Source: Harriotta raleighana (taxonomy: Eukaryota). Taken from it: 64,000 bases of DNA. The stretch lies in NCBI GenBank assembly GCA_050575255.1, contig JBNZDD010013687.1:661024-725023 (forward strand). Reading direction: 5' to 3'. The notes below the pieces were generated by a model, which was given only the letters and a program-made list of their open reading frames with translations, did not search any database and was not told where the DNA came from. Below, piece after piece: positions 38,644 through 50,189 of the stretch (position 1 is the first letter of the stretch; every line of letters begins with the position of its first letter). Made by a program: the position numbers and the translations under genes.

Positions 38644-39467
38644 CGTTTTGATTGTTTGATTATCTTGTACTATACATTGTATGTGGAGTGAGAGTTTCAG
38701 AACAAAACTTGGCAATTGGGTCCTTCCATAGATGCATAGAACCTATCCTGTACGGAACTTCATCCCATCCACTTTATCTCCCAGGGGGAAATTCTGCTTG
38801 GACACTTATTACATTTCCTGAAGGATTTCAAGCAAAAACTCCAAAATATCCATTCTTCTGCCCACTTCTGCAGTGTTTAATCCTGAATTTCTTCCTTCCA
38901 TGGATAACGTGGGGAAAAAAAGCCCTGGGTCCCTGAGTTTCCAAATCAGTCTCCATGGAATCATTACCCATTTCACTCTATACCTATCCTTACATTTTCT
39001 CTATCCTGGATAAACATATTTTTCTTATCCTATTTCAAAGGAATTAATTTACACAACATTAATCATGTTCTGCTTACTCCACTTCTCTGTTGAAAAGGGT
39101 AAACAATTTTGTCCTCTCCTTTCTGTTTAAATTGTAAAGCCATGGCCACCGTTCATACACAGTAATTTCAGATGTTGTGAAATAAAACAACTTTGCATTT
39201 AGTTTTGGACACTGGAAGTAAATAAACAGGATTGCGTAAATAAATACAGTAACACTAAGGTTTTCTGACTAATTTGATGTGTTGTATGATTTTTATCGGG
39301 ACAGCACTCCTAGTTCCCTTTTTATGACTTGCTTCATATGTCAGCAGCACACTCTAGTGGTTATTGTTAATGTTTTCTCCTCATCTTGAAACCTCAAAAC
39401 AAAATGGTGAAGGGCATCTGTATCATTGCAAGGCATTACATTATTGTCATCGTCAACCACACATGTG

Positions 39468-39800
39468 TGAGCCTGGCTCAGTTGGTTGGACCTCTCAATC
39501 ACAACGCTGGGGATTCAAGCCCTACATCAGGACTTTAAGGTCATTGTCAACGCTGATAAAATGCATTATCAAATGTGACATCCTTTGAGTGAGACGTTAA
39601 ACCGAGGTGCTGTCTTCCCTCTCAGGCAGATGTTAAAGATTCCGTAGCGCGAAATGAAAAGAGAAACGAGTTTCCACCAATGCCATAGCCAACAATCCGC
39701 AGGATAAAAAAGAAAACACTTTAGGGCTATTTGTGGGACATTGCTGTGCACAAATTGGCGAAAAATGTAAGTGATCTCACTTTACAAAAAACCCTGAAGT
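39468..39800 (+). mobile_element. DeuSINE/SacSINE-like SINE
   Basis: Head GGCTCAGTTGG...GGATTCAAGCCC; Deu core GAGACGTTAAACCGAGGTGCTGTCTTCCCTCTCAGGCAGATGTTAAAGAT; 3' part TTTGTGGGACATTGCTGTGCACAAATTGGC. Confidence 0.8.
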
Positions 39801-42577
39801 ACATTGAGTTTGCATTCAGCATCAGTTCGCAAATTGATCTCTGCATATCTAGAACTGAAGATTTTAGTGCAATTTGTGATATTGATGATTCTTTCTTCTT
39901 GCAACAGATCTTTAAGGGGGAAAGATAGGTGAATAAAATAACTGGAAGTAGTATTGATATGTCCCACAAATTGGTGGGTGTGAAATGATTTAAACAATCA
40001 AATCGAGTGTTTGGCAAATAAAAGAAAATTGACAACAATTTTCCAAAAGGCTCCACTTAATGGAAATAAATTGAACTAATAAAACAAGACTTAAAGTTGA
40101 GCAATTAGTTGTTGGCCTTATTTTTCTGGTCACTGAGTACAACTAGAACTCGGACCACATTACATTGATTGGGCAGGAGTCACACACCTGTACAGCCTTG
40201 TATAATTTGACATGTACATTAATTGATTATTTAATGCACCAGTTACAGTGTAATTTCTAATACTTTATGGACATGCTTTATGACAAAGTGTGTCACGTGC
40301 AGTAGTCTCTGAACTGTTTGTGCGTAATGCGTTTCGTAAAGGTCATTGTTTCTGTACAAGTATTTGTAGCAGTGTGAATTTTCAATTAAAAATAGTGAGC
40401 TTTCAGAATACTTAATTTTACATTTTTTAAAATCTTAAATCTTATTATAGCTGATGCCTAATACTTCAAATCACTTAATGATAATACTAATTCTAATCCT
40501 TGCATTTGGTCTAGCATCTTAACATGTTGGAAGGACATCTTAAAACGCTTCATAGGATTTTTGACTGTATAATTGTAGGCAAACTTAACAAATAATTACT
40601 GTCAAGTGCAATGAAAGTATTTATAAGCAAATGCGGAACCATTTTGCTTCAGCAAGATAGCACACACATTAGTCGGTCAGCCAGGCTTTAAGAGTTTTTG
40701 AAATATATGTTTTTCCTGGTCAACATAGATAACAAAATTTTATTCACTTTGCTTCACTCCAGTTTATTGAAATTGCTGTGCGCAAATTTGCTTTCGCACT
40801 CGCCTACAAATAATGAGTAAGTACTTACACTTTAAAATAAACTCTGTGAAGCGCAATGAAATGTTTAAACATAATGTACTATACCAAATGCAAGGATTAT
40901 TATGAAAAAGCTGTTTATAATGCAATCGGTTTGATTATATTTGCTTGAAGCACACGGCAATGTTTGGCAACCAGAGAGTAAAAATGGTTGCCAAATATAT
41001 CTCCATAAAGATCTCATATATTTCATGCTGAACAACGATTGCTTTTTTCGATTTGGAACAGTTTGTTTGATTTTGTTGAAATAGCTAAGTAGGAAAAGAC
41101 AGCACATGGTGTGGCAACTAGATCAGAAGTTTCGAGATGTAATTGTCAGTCTGTGTTGAATTAGGTAACCTCAGCTAGAACAGCTGTAGAAGTACTTTCC
41201 AGTCTTCCGGTTGCCCTTAGCACCCGGAACATGATGTACATGGAGTGGCTTCCCACTTCACATCACTATCTTTGACCAACTCCTCAATAGTGTTACGTAG
41301 AATTGCATGGAATGATACAGCATGAAACAAGCTATTCAGCCTAACTAGTCCGTGTTGGTGTTGATCCTCCACATGATTTCCCCTCCCTCCTCTTCTCCTC
41401 ACCTAAACTCTTCTATTCGCTAGTGTGTGGACACTTGGATAAAAACAGTATTGGACACGGCAGTGATACTTAACAATACTTACTGACTTGGCTGATACAA
41501 GAACAGTGGCTGTGAAGTGCTTTGAGACATCTAGAAGACGTAAAAAGTGCTATATGAAATGCAAGGATTATTATTCTTACTGTATTATTATTAGAAGGGT
41601 CACTGACGCTCTTCTGAAAGCCTTATCCAGTGACAGCATCTTAATTCTCACTATCTCAATGATACGATTTCTGAAACTGAATGGGAATTTCATGAAGAGA
41701 TGCTTGTTATTATGTGGCCCACTGTGTGGTGTGGGTAATCTTGGACTAAATATATCAGACATCCCATTCCAAACCTCCCATAAATTCATGTCAATCCAAT
41801 GACCGTAACTGAGTTCCAAGGATAGTGCAAGGGAACTCTGTTATAATACTCTTCAATACAGTGCTGTCTCACTTCTAGTGTTGTCTATTGGGGTCTGGTG
41901 CTTACCTGAGAATGGTATACCCAGCCTCCGGTGATGACAAGCTAGATTCCCCCACTTAAACATTAGGTTGACTTCCAACTCTCTGTGCTGCTGATGGCAC
42001 TTCGAAGTGATGTTGGTGACATTTGCTGCACACAGTGTACATGCGTGCCTGTCTTTTAATATGGCTGCTGAGACATTGGACCCAGCCAAACTGGACTGTA
42101 AGAAGGTTTCTCTATATCTACTTGATGGTAGAATTTCTCCCTTATTCACAATGGATCCACTGATAATGTGGCTTCACCATCCATGTTGTACATTAACTGG
42201 TATATCCCAGAACTGAAATCCAACATACCAAATCCACTTTATACATTCCTGGGCCTACTTTTAATTTCATAAATATACTCTTCACCTGTTGTAAGTCAAG
42301 CATAAGCGATAGATTGGAAAGTGTTTAAATACTGTAATAACTAAAATCTCACTGTGATTTATTTACTGATTTGTAGCATCAACCAAGAAGGCTTAAGACA
42401 TAAGACGCACTTGCAGTCAAATTGAGCCATCATTGTTTTAACGTTTGGGAAACACTAATAACATCTAAAGTTTCCCTTCACAATCCTGAACCTGCGCTTT
42501 CTTGTTGTGGTCCTTGGTATACATGGAATATTTTCCATTCGCTTTCTCTATCTCATTAACCATCTTGTATACTTGTA

Positions 42578-42885
42578 GAATCCTGTAGCTCAGTGGTTAG
42601 AGCACTCGCCTTACAAGCACCTGTGTTTCGAATCCAGGCAGGTCAGGGCGAAACCTTGTGCAAGTTTCCTTACTCCACACCCCTAATAATAATCCATCCA
42701 AAAAATACCTTATAATTGATTGGTAATTTCAATCCACAACTGTTAGTATGACACTGCTGTGTGCAATTGGCTGCTGTGTTTCGTCCACAAATATAGTCAA
42801 TTCATTTTACAGTATATTCTGTGAAGAGCTTTAGACACCTAGAAGACCTGAAAAGTGCTACATCAAAATGCGAGGATTATTATCA
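42578..42885 (+). mobile_element. tRNA-derived SINE, full length
   Basis: TCCTGTAGCTCAGTGGTTAGAGCACTCGCC...TCGAATCCAGGCAGGTCAGGGCGAAACC...ATGCGAGGATTATTAT. Confidence 0.93.
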
Positions 42886-45225
42886 TTTATTATACAGTAC
42901 TAGGAACTCCATTTTGCAAATCTAGGTGTACTTTATCAGATTTCTCACTATCAGTTTGAGATGTCTGCTCCTTCAAAAAGTTCCTGAAATTGGAGAGAAT
43001 AAGATTTTTTCGCTTCCGAAGCCATATTGGCAGTCATATTGACATGTTGGCTCCTGAAACTAGATATTGAAATAAATTTTAGCATTTTCGTTTTTAGTGT
43101 GCATTGAAGTTGTTATGTTTTTATTAGCAACTGCACACCCTGGAATTATGGTTACATTTCTTGTGTGTAAAGTTCTACATAAATAATCTTTGGTGTCTTT
43201 GAAATGCTGTATATTTCTCAAAAATTGGTTCAACTGTCCACTTTAACTGATCGCTGAATTCCTTTGGTTAATAAATATTATTCTACAGAAGTCTTTAGAT
43301 GACAATTCATACCCACTGAATCTGCCTCCTCAAAACACTCTGAAAGTCGATATATCTGAAAGGATAAACACGAACTGTGGATAAGATTACTTGAATGCAT
43401 ATTTGGCTGGGCAAAGAATTTGCAAAAACATGGAGAAGAAATATACATCCTTTTGATATTTGGCATTAAAATGCATCTTGTGGCCTGGAAAGGTATAGCA
43501 GAGGAGTATCGTATAGCTGTTACCAGAACTGCTCACAGAGAGAGGCATTGTACAGCAGCTATGGTGTCTCTGACTAAAAGAGCACCATTCAGTTTATATG
43601 AGAACCAGGAACTTTAGAGAAGCTGGAGCACAGATAAATAATCTCAATATAACCTTCAATATTGTAATAAATATTATGTTCAGCTCTCACCAGTTTGATC
43701 AACATCTGTTTGTGAAAATGTGCATCACATTTACACTGTTGCTTCTTCATATAATTCAGCTACTTTATAATTAATTATTATTATTTCATTCATCTTGCAG
43801 GTCAGTGAAGAGTGCAGTGAATTTTGGTACGAGGCAGAAAATCTTTGCAAAATGACAGAAATTCACTTCACCAGATGAACCCATTGGCAAGTGGCATCAT
43901 TTTGATACAAAATCACAAGGGAGAAGATCACTTGGATGAAGAAGATCACTTAATCCATTTGATCTTAAGCTTCGAGACTAACCATTCTACCATCCACCCA
44001 TTACATCATCAAGCTGTTTCTTAAATGAATCCTGGATCATGTTCTCAGCCACCCTTTCTGGTAAGCAATTTGTTATTAATTACATTTGCTGTAAAAACGA
44101 CATGGTTGGCACAAGATTGTCCACAAAGCACAGTCTTGCCATCTCCTTTGGTAACATGATCTCATTGAAGGGTTTTTATGTCAACCATTGCAAAGGACAC
44201 AAAGGCAATGGAGAGATGTAATGCGAATAAAGTACATGCAGATAAATAGACAAGCTGAGGTACCCAAGCTAACCTTCCACTTGATGGGCATGCTTTTCCC
44301 TCTGCATTTCCACAGCACAGGACGGACAACAGATTTGAAAGAATAGAATTGAAATACTAGTTTTGTGGACGAGAACAGTGTCTCCAATGCACTGAATTCT
44401 ACATAATTCTCCATCAGTCGCTGATGGATCTGTACTATCAACTTGCAAAATAAATTCCCATTGTAATTAATTCATTAGCACATTTAGAAATAGGGTGTGG
44501 TTTTTTTTTAAATTTAAAAATGTCTGTTTTAAACCCTGGACCCCTGCAGATCTCAGGACGGCTGTGTCCTTTAACCTCAAATATTAAACAAACATGTAGC
44601 CATTCCCAGCAGGATAAAAGCCGCGGCCAAAATTCCCCTTCAAATTCTCTTTGCTTGGATACCACTGATCTTTGGACTTCATCCTAATCTCCTCTGACCT
44701 TTTATCCCAGAAGTCTCCTTTCTAACTTGTGTCAGAAAAACACATCCAAGACAAAATAAACATGGAACTCATTTATATTTCACAGTCTCCTCGACCAGGG
44801 CAACAGGTTAGCCACTGATAAATGGCCTCTACAACACGTGCCAACGCATTTTCCTTTCTGTGTATTTTCTCTGAAATCTAATGACTGGTTACCCAAAGTG
44901 TCAAAATCATCAATGTTGATGGAAACAGATTGTATCATTGATACTGCCAATGTAAATGGATTGAGTCTGCGCAAGAATTGTTATAAAATTACAAAGGTTT
45001 TGGTGGCACATTAATTGCCCAGTTAATCCTCAATTCATAGTCTGACAGGTATGAAACTTCTTCAAGCGAAAATAAACTTTGGGGCTCGAGTTACTCCACC
45101 ATGGTTACTGTCAGGGTTGTTCTGGGCCTGTTCAACAGCACATGGGCTTTAATACTGTGCTTTAAAATTCCTGCCAGTCCTTCCATCAACTCTCTTCCCC
45201 CGCCTCTTTGCCCCTCAGGTTAGAG

Positions 45226-45409
45226 TAATCTGCCATGTTATGTGGGATCCCGCAGAACTCACCCAGTGAAGCTGAGTTGCCATGCCTGAAGCTGGGGTAG
45301 GGACAGCTCAGTTTGTAGTCACACATGATCAGAGAAGGATTCTATACGGTAGGCCAGTATTATGAATAAAAACACAGTAAAATGTGTACATAATCTGCCA
45401 TGTTATGTG
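45226..45409 (+). repeat. Exact 19-bp direct repeat flanking a 146-bp segment
   Basis: TAATCTGCCATGTTATGTG at 45226-45244 and 45391-45409. Confidence 0.9.
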
Positions 45410-46237
45410 ATTCCTTTCCTGATTAGTCAGGAAATGCTCTGCCTCAAATTCTGAACCCCACCCCACCCCCAGGGTACTCTGTGTAACATAAAATAAGAAA
45501 CGATTGAGAGGGACTTAAGATATATAGATGCTTAGGACTCTTCCCTGTACTATAGCTGCGAGTAGGGAAAATTCAGTGGAAGTCGCTTCTCTCCAGAGTC
45601 CATGGCTGTCTATTTTACAGTGTTGGGGAGGAATTTTGCTTACACGGCAACTTCTCCACTTATCAGCAAGTAGGGGAATTTTAAGCATTGTAAATTATGA
45701 CAAACGGTTTCACCTCATAAAACCGTCAGTGGCATAGCATGTTTTCCACACTGACTCCTCACCTCCCAGCACTATTACCTTAGGTGAACCAAAAAGCTTG
45801 CAGAACCTCTGCAAGGACCATGTTGATTTTAATACTGCTCATAATATGAGTTTTTCTTGGAAGCATGACGAATGTCTTTCACTGTCTACTTATCCAGGAG
45901 TTATGTTGGCTGGAGTAGCTGAGACACTGTAACATTTGATGATTTACAGAGCATAATTCTTCCTTAATGGTTGTAGCAAGTTATTACACACGGTGTATGT
46001 TTGGGATGCTAATGAATAGGGGTGGGTGGAGGGTAGAACCAGCCCAGTGTTAATGGGGCTTTTTAATTTGAGCGTACACATTAATGTGTTTTATATTGTA
46101 CCTCTTTAATTTGCAAGTAAGTCACTGGAATACTGTCACTGAGTGCTGTGCAACTCCATTTCTGAGTGGTTTATTATGTGAGTAGTTCTGTCAGGTTCAG
46201 CAGATATAACTGTACATGCAGCTGTGTGAAAATAACT

Positions 46238-46660
46238 AAAGCCCACCACATACTCCCTTGACCCCATCCCCACTCATCTACTTACCTCCAAGCTTCACCT
46301 CCTCGCGCTACCCCCACCCCACTCCTCACCCCACTCTCTGACATCATCAATCTCTCCCTTTCATCCGGTATCATTCCCATCCCACCTCAAAACTGCCACA
46401 ATAACCCACATCCTCAAGCAACCTCTCTGAACTCATCCATGCTCTCCAATTACCGGCCCATCTCCAACCTACCTTTTTGTTCCAAGGTCCTTGAAAGAAT
46501 CGTTGCTTCCCAGCTTCGCTCTTTCCTCTCCTCCCACTTCCTCCGCGAGCCTCTCCAATCAGGTTTCCGTGCTGCTCACAGCACGGCCCTTCTCTTCGAT
46601 CGTGCCTTTAGTCGCCCTCCGATTTCTCTGCCCTCTCTCATCCCAACCCTCGGACCCCAA
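46238..46660 (+). mobile_element. L2-clade LINE ORF2 (reverse transcriptase) remnant, internally deleted
   Basis: KPTTYSLDPIPTHLL... and LSNYRPISNLPFCSKVLERIVASQL...PLQSGFRAAHST are hallmark CR1/L2 RT motifs, frameshifted. Confidence 0.92.
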
Positions 46661-47189
46661 ATCATTTATCATCCTCGGAAAGCTATCCCTCAGAGTATCT
46701 CTGAGAGATGAGCTGCTGCATTTGTGCGCTTTTTTCTGGGTACACATGCCATCATACACCACAATTTCTGTTGCCTTTTGCGCCTGAAGGGGGAATGGTA
46801 CGACTGCACAAAGCAGCATTATGACGGTCAGCAGTACTCGTTTATTAGTCAGCCTTTTCTTGTAAACTACGGAATTCTTACCTACAATTTATCTGCAAAC
46901 CCCTCAGTGCTTTGCTTGCACACTGCTACAAGTGAAAAAAGATAAGCAGGAAACCTTCAGAGAGAATAGCGGTTGCCGTTATAAAAGAATACAGGAGAAA
47001 TGTGTTGAAGTGTTAATAAGCTCACGCTGTGATTTGAGCGCTGCTTGCAACTTGCGGCGTTGCGTGTGAATTGGGAAAAGAAGGCAACCAGTGTGGAAGA
47101 GGAAGAAAGCAGCCAGAAGCCAAACACAGGACTGACTCTTACATTTAATGACTGATTTTTTTTTTTAGAAAGAAAATATAACTATAAAA

Positions 47190-47480
47190 GAATGTCAGTA
47201 ACTGTCAGGGCTATAGAGGCTGGATAATCCATGCGCTTTGCAATGAATTAAACCAGTCATGGTTGTTTAGACCTATGTGTACATACCGTCACTTTGTGCC
47301 ACAGGAATGATAATGACATGCAGACTTAGTTAATCTTGTCATTGAATTATCATAATTGCTATTTGGGCATTCATTATTGCTACTTCGGATCCGCGCTCTT
47401 ACTTTGAACCTGTCCACCACAACTCATGGAATAATAGCACATTCGCTGGGCAATAGGAAACAGAAGGTGACAATGAATAG
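47190..47480. promoter_or_regulatory. Putative conserved non-coding element or enhancer
   Basis: Repeat-free and dense in TAAT/ATTA and TGACA/TGTCA homeodomain- and TALE-type motifs; conservation not testable here. Confidence 0.3.
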
Positions 47481-48466
47481 AGAGAGCTCTGTCAGGGGAG
47501 GGGGAATATAGAATTCCACAGGAGTCTATTCTGGGAACTTCTCATGCTGAAAATAAGAGCGCGAATTCCCCTCCCAGGTCAGTTGTGTAAAGTGTTTTGA
47601 GACATCCTCCTGACTCGAAAGGTGCTAGAGAAACGTAAAATTGTTGTTCCATGGCCTTTTCTCAATCCATTTTCTGATAATATTTAGCATGGTGAAGAGT
47701 CACATTTAGAGACATGCATGAGAAGGTCCATCTGTCCAGCTTAGTAAAGAGAGAGAGAATAGAGAGTCTTCTGTGAGGCGAGTAGGAGTAAAGAGAACCA
47801 TTTGCCTGGGTGTTGCTAATCTTGCCTGGAGCTCTTCCTATCCCTTTAGCTCTAAAGCATCACTTGTGTGCCATTTGTTGTTCTGACAGTTTGACATTCT
47901 TGTTTGTTCAGCTGGGTAAAGGCTAACATGTAAGTGAAACCAAACCAAGTCAATATGATAGAGAACCATAAATATTATGAATGAATTTTGCAGTGCAGGT
48001 GTCAACTTTGCTGATATTCATCTGAAACATCAGAAGTCCTTGAGCCCAGCTGGGAATGTACGTACCCCGAATGATGTACAGGTAGGCGTTTTGCAACGTT
48101 GAGCATTTTGACCATGAAAGGGATGCCTTCTCTTTGAAGTTTGTGATATGCAATTCACATTCCAGTGAAGCATGACAATGGAAATGTCTGATATTTGTAT
48201 TAAAAAGCAGGTCTAAGGAAAGCACTGATGGTGGCAGTGTATAGAGCTGTGGTTCTGAATGATGTCTGCTTACTTTATTCATGCTGAAGGCCTTCAAAAG
48301 TGTTAAACATACCCATCCACTCGCCCACTGTGTCAGTATATTTAACACGAAGACACTGATTTAAAATAGTTGTTAAGAGAAACAGGTGAAGTGAGGAGAA
48401 ATGTTTTGCACACAGCAAGTTGTTTGGATCTGAAATGCATTGCCTGAAAGGTAGTGGAAACCAATT

Positions 48467-48508
48467 TAACAACAACTTTTAAAAGAGTTAAACAACAACT
48501 TTTAAAAG
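48467..48508. repeat. Short tandem duplication of about 22 bp
   Basis: AACAACAACTTTTAAAAG followed by AAACAACAACTTTTAAAAG. Confidence 0.8.
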
Positions 48509-48975
48509 CATAGTTATTTGAGGACAGGTTTGCAGGGCTATGGGGAGAGAGCACAGACACGATAGGCCAATTTGCCTCCTTCTATGATGTATAATTCTAC
48601 AATAGTTTACTATTTCAGTACAACCCTTGGATTGGGAAATATCAGGAGTCGTATCACTATCAGGATTCGAATTACTGCTATAAATTTTCATTCCGCTCTT
48701 ATTTATTTCAAGGGACACCAAACAAACTCTATCACATCACAAAATAAATAATAAACCATGTTATTTTATATTATTTGCCTGTATCGTTTCACTAGCAGAT
48801 TCAGAGATAATCCCTGAAAGGCCCAGTTGGCTTTGACAGATGTATATGTTTTCCGCTCTGTTCTGGGGAGGGTTATTATTTTCCAAAAGTATAAAGTGTG
48901 CTGGATGCACTGACCTGTCATTCATTAATGTGGCATGTGTCCCGCTAAGCTTCACAAGATCACAAGCTTTGCTGT

Positions 48976-49275
48976 GGATGAAGAAGGCCCTTCGGCCCAT
49001 CTGATCTCATCCGTCCAGAATAGCTGCCCTTTATCCTCCCATCACAGCATCAAGCTGCTTTTTAAAAGATTCCAGTACCCTGGTTTCAAGCACCTTTCCC
49101 ACAACCTGTTCCAGTCATTAATTACCCTCTGAGTAAAATAAAAAGCTTCCTCATATCTGTCCTGAAATTGTCCTTTGCTAGTCTAAGCCTATGTCTTCCT
49201 ATTTACTAGTGCAGTTCAACCTAACGTAATGTGCTGGATTTACTTTTTTAATGCCATTTAAAGTGTTATACACTG
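48976..49275 (-). mobile_element. CR1-like LINE 3' fragment
   Basis: GATGAAGAAGGCCCTTCGGCCCATC...TTCCAGTCATTAATTACCCTCTGAGTAAAA...CTTCCTCATATCTGTCCTGAA, antisense of the FFTQRV..WN region. Confidence 0.7.
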
Positions 49276-49836
49276 TATTCGTGCTCCTTTAGTGCAAATG
49301 AAAACCGTTTCTGAGGGTGAGAAACAAAAAGTGTTTTCTTACATGTATCAAAGGCCTCTGGTAAACCCAGGCTTCCTAAAGTCACCCTTTCAATTGGAAA
49401 TCCTATGGGGGAAGAAAAAAGGAAAAAGCAACAGGAAACTTTTCAACAAGCCATTAGAACATATGCCAAAAATACCACTGCTAATGAAAATCTAATTACA
49501 AAATGTGTTTACAAAGCAACCCTCTTTCAAATCATTTGCAAATGATGTTATGTTTGCTGCTTCAAGTACTTCCTAAGATTTGTTGATTCGAAACTCCCCT
49601 CAAAGCTGCAATCGAACTTTTGAGAATGCACGAGGAAAGTAACAATGCCACATTGTAGTTTACACAGTAGAATGGCGTTTATGTCACAATTATCCTAATC
49701 TAATGCACATTAATCTTTATCCACATTAATTTTCTGTGCGCCAAAATATTGGTCTTTAAAACCTATCATCAACCTCCCCATGATCATTGTTTAAGGGATG
49801 AATCTATAACATGGGTATTTATTATCATCACGTGTA

Positions 49837-50189
49837 CAGGCAGTCCTCAAGTTACGTCAGGGTTAGGTTCCTAAGATGTGGNGTGACGTAGCGCAGTCTA
49901 AAGGCTGGAGAGTACTGTCCCGCCGAGCTCACAGACTCACACAGTACCTGTACAGTACACACTCGCGTCTCGCCTCCATCCTGTTCCTGTCCTGAACGCG
50001 TATCGTGGTCCCGTAAGTGTTGAGAGCGGCGACTCCAGTTTTCTATCGCGCGTGGGGCAACTAAAGTATTTACATAGTAGTGTCGTAACTTCGAGACTTG
50101 GGATGGAACTCGGNCGTAATTTTACTGATATTAAGTGTCGTAACGTTGAATTGTCGTACCTCGAAACGTCGTAACTAGAGGACTGCCTG
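49837..50189. mobile_element. Tigger-like MITE
   Basis: TA|CAGGCAGTCCTCAAGTTACGTC ... GTCGTAACTAGAGGACTGCCTG|TA; CpG-rich interior with repeated GTCGTAAC subterminal motifs. Confidence 0.93.

Noticed and set aside
39729-39971. 13-bp inverted match ATTTGTGGGACAT
   Set aside because: Explained by two SINE fragments in opposite orientation.
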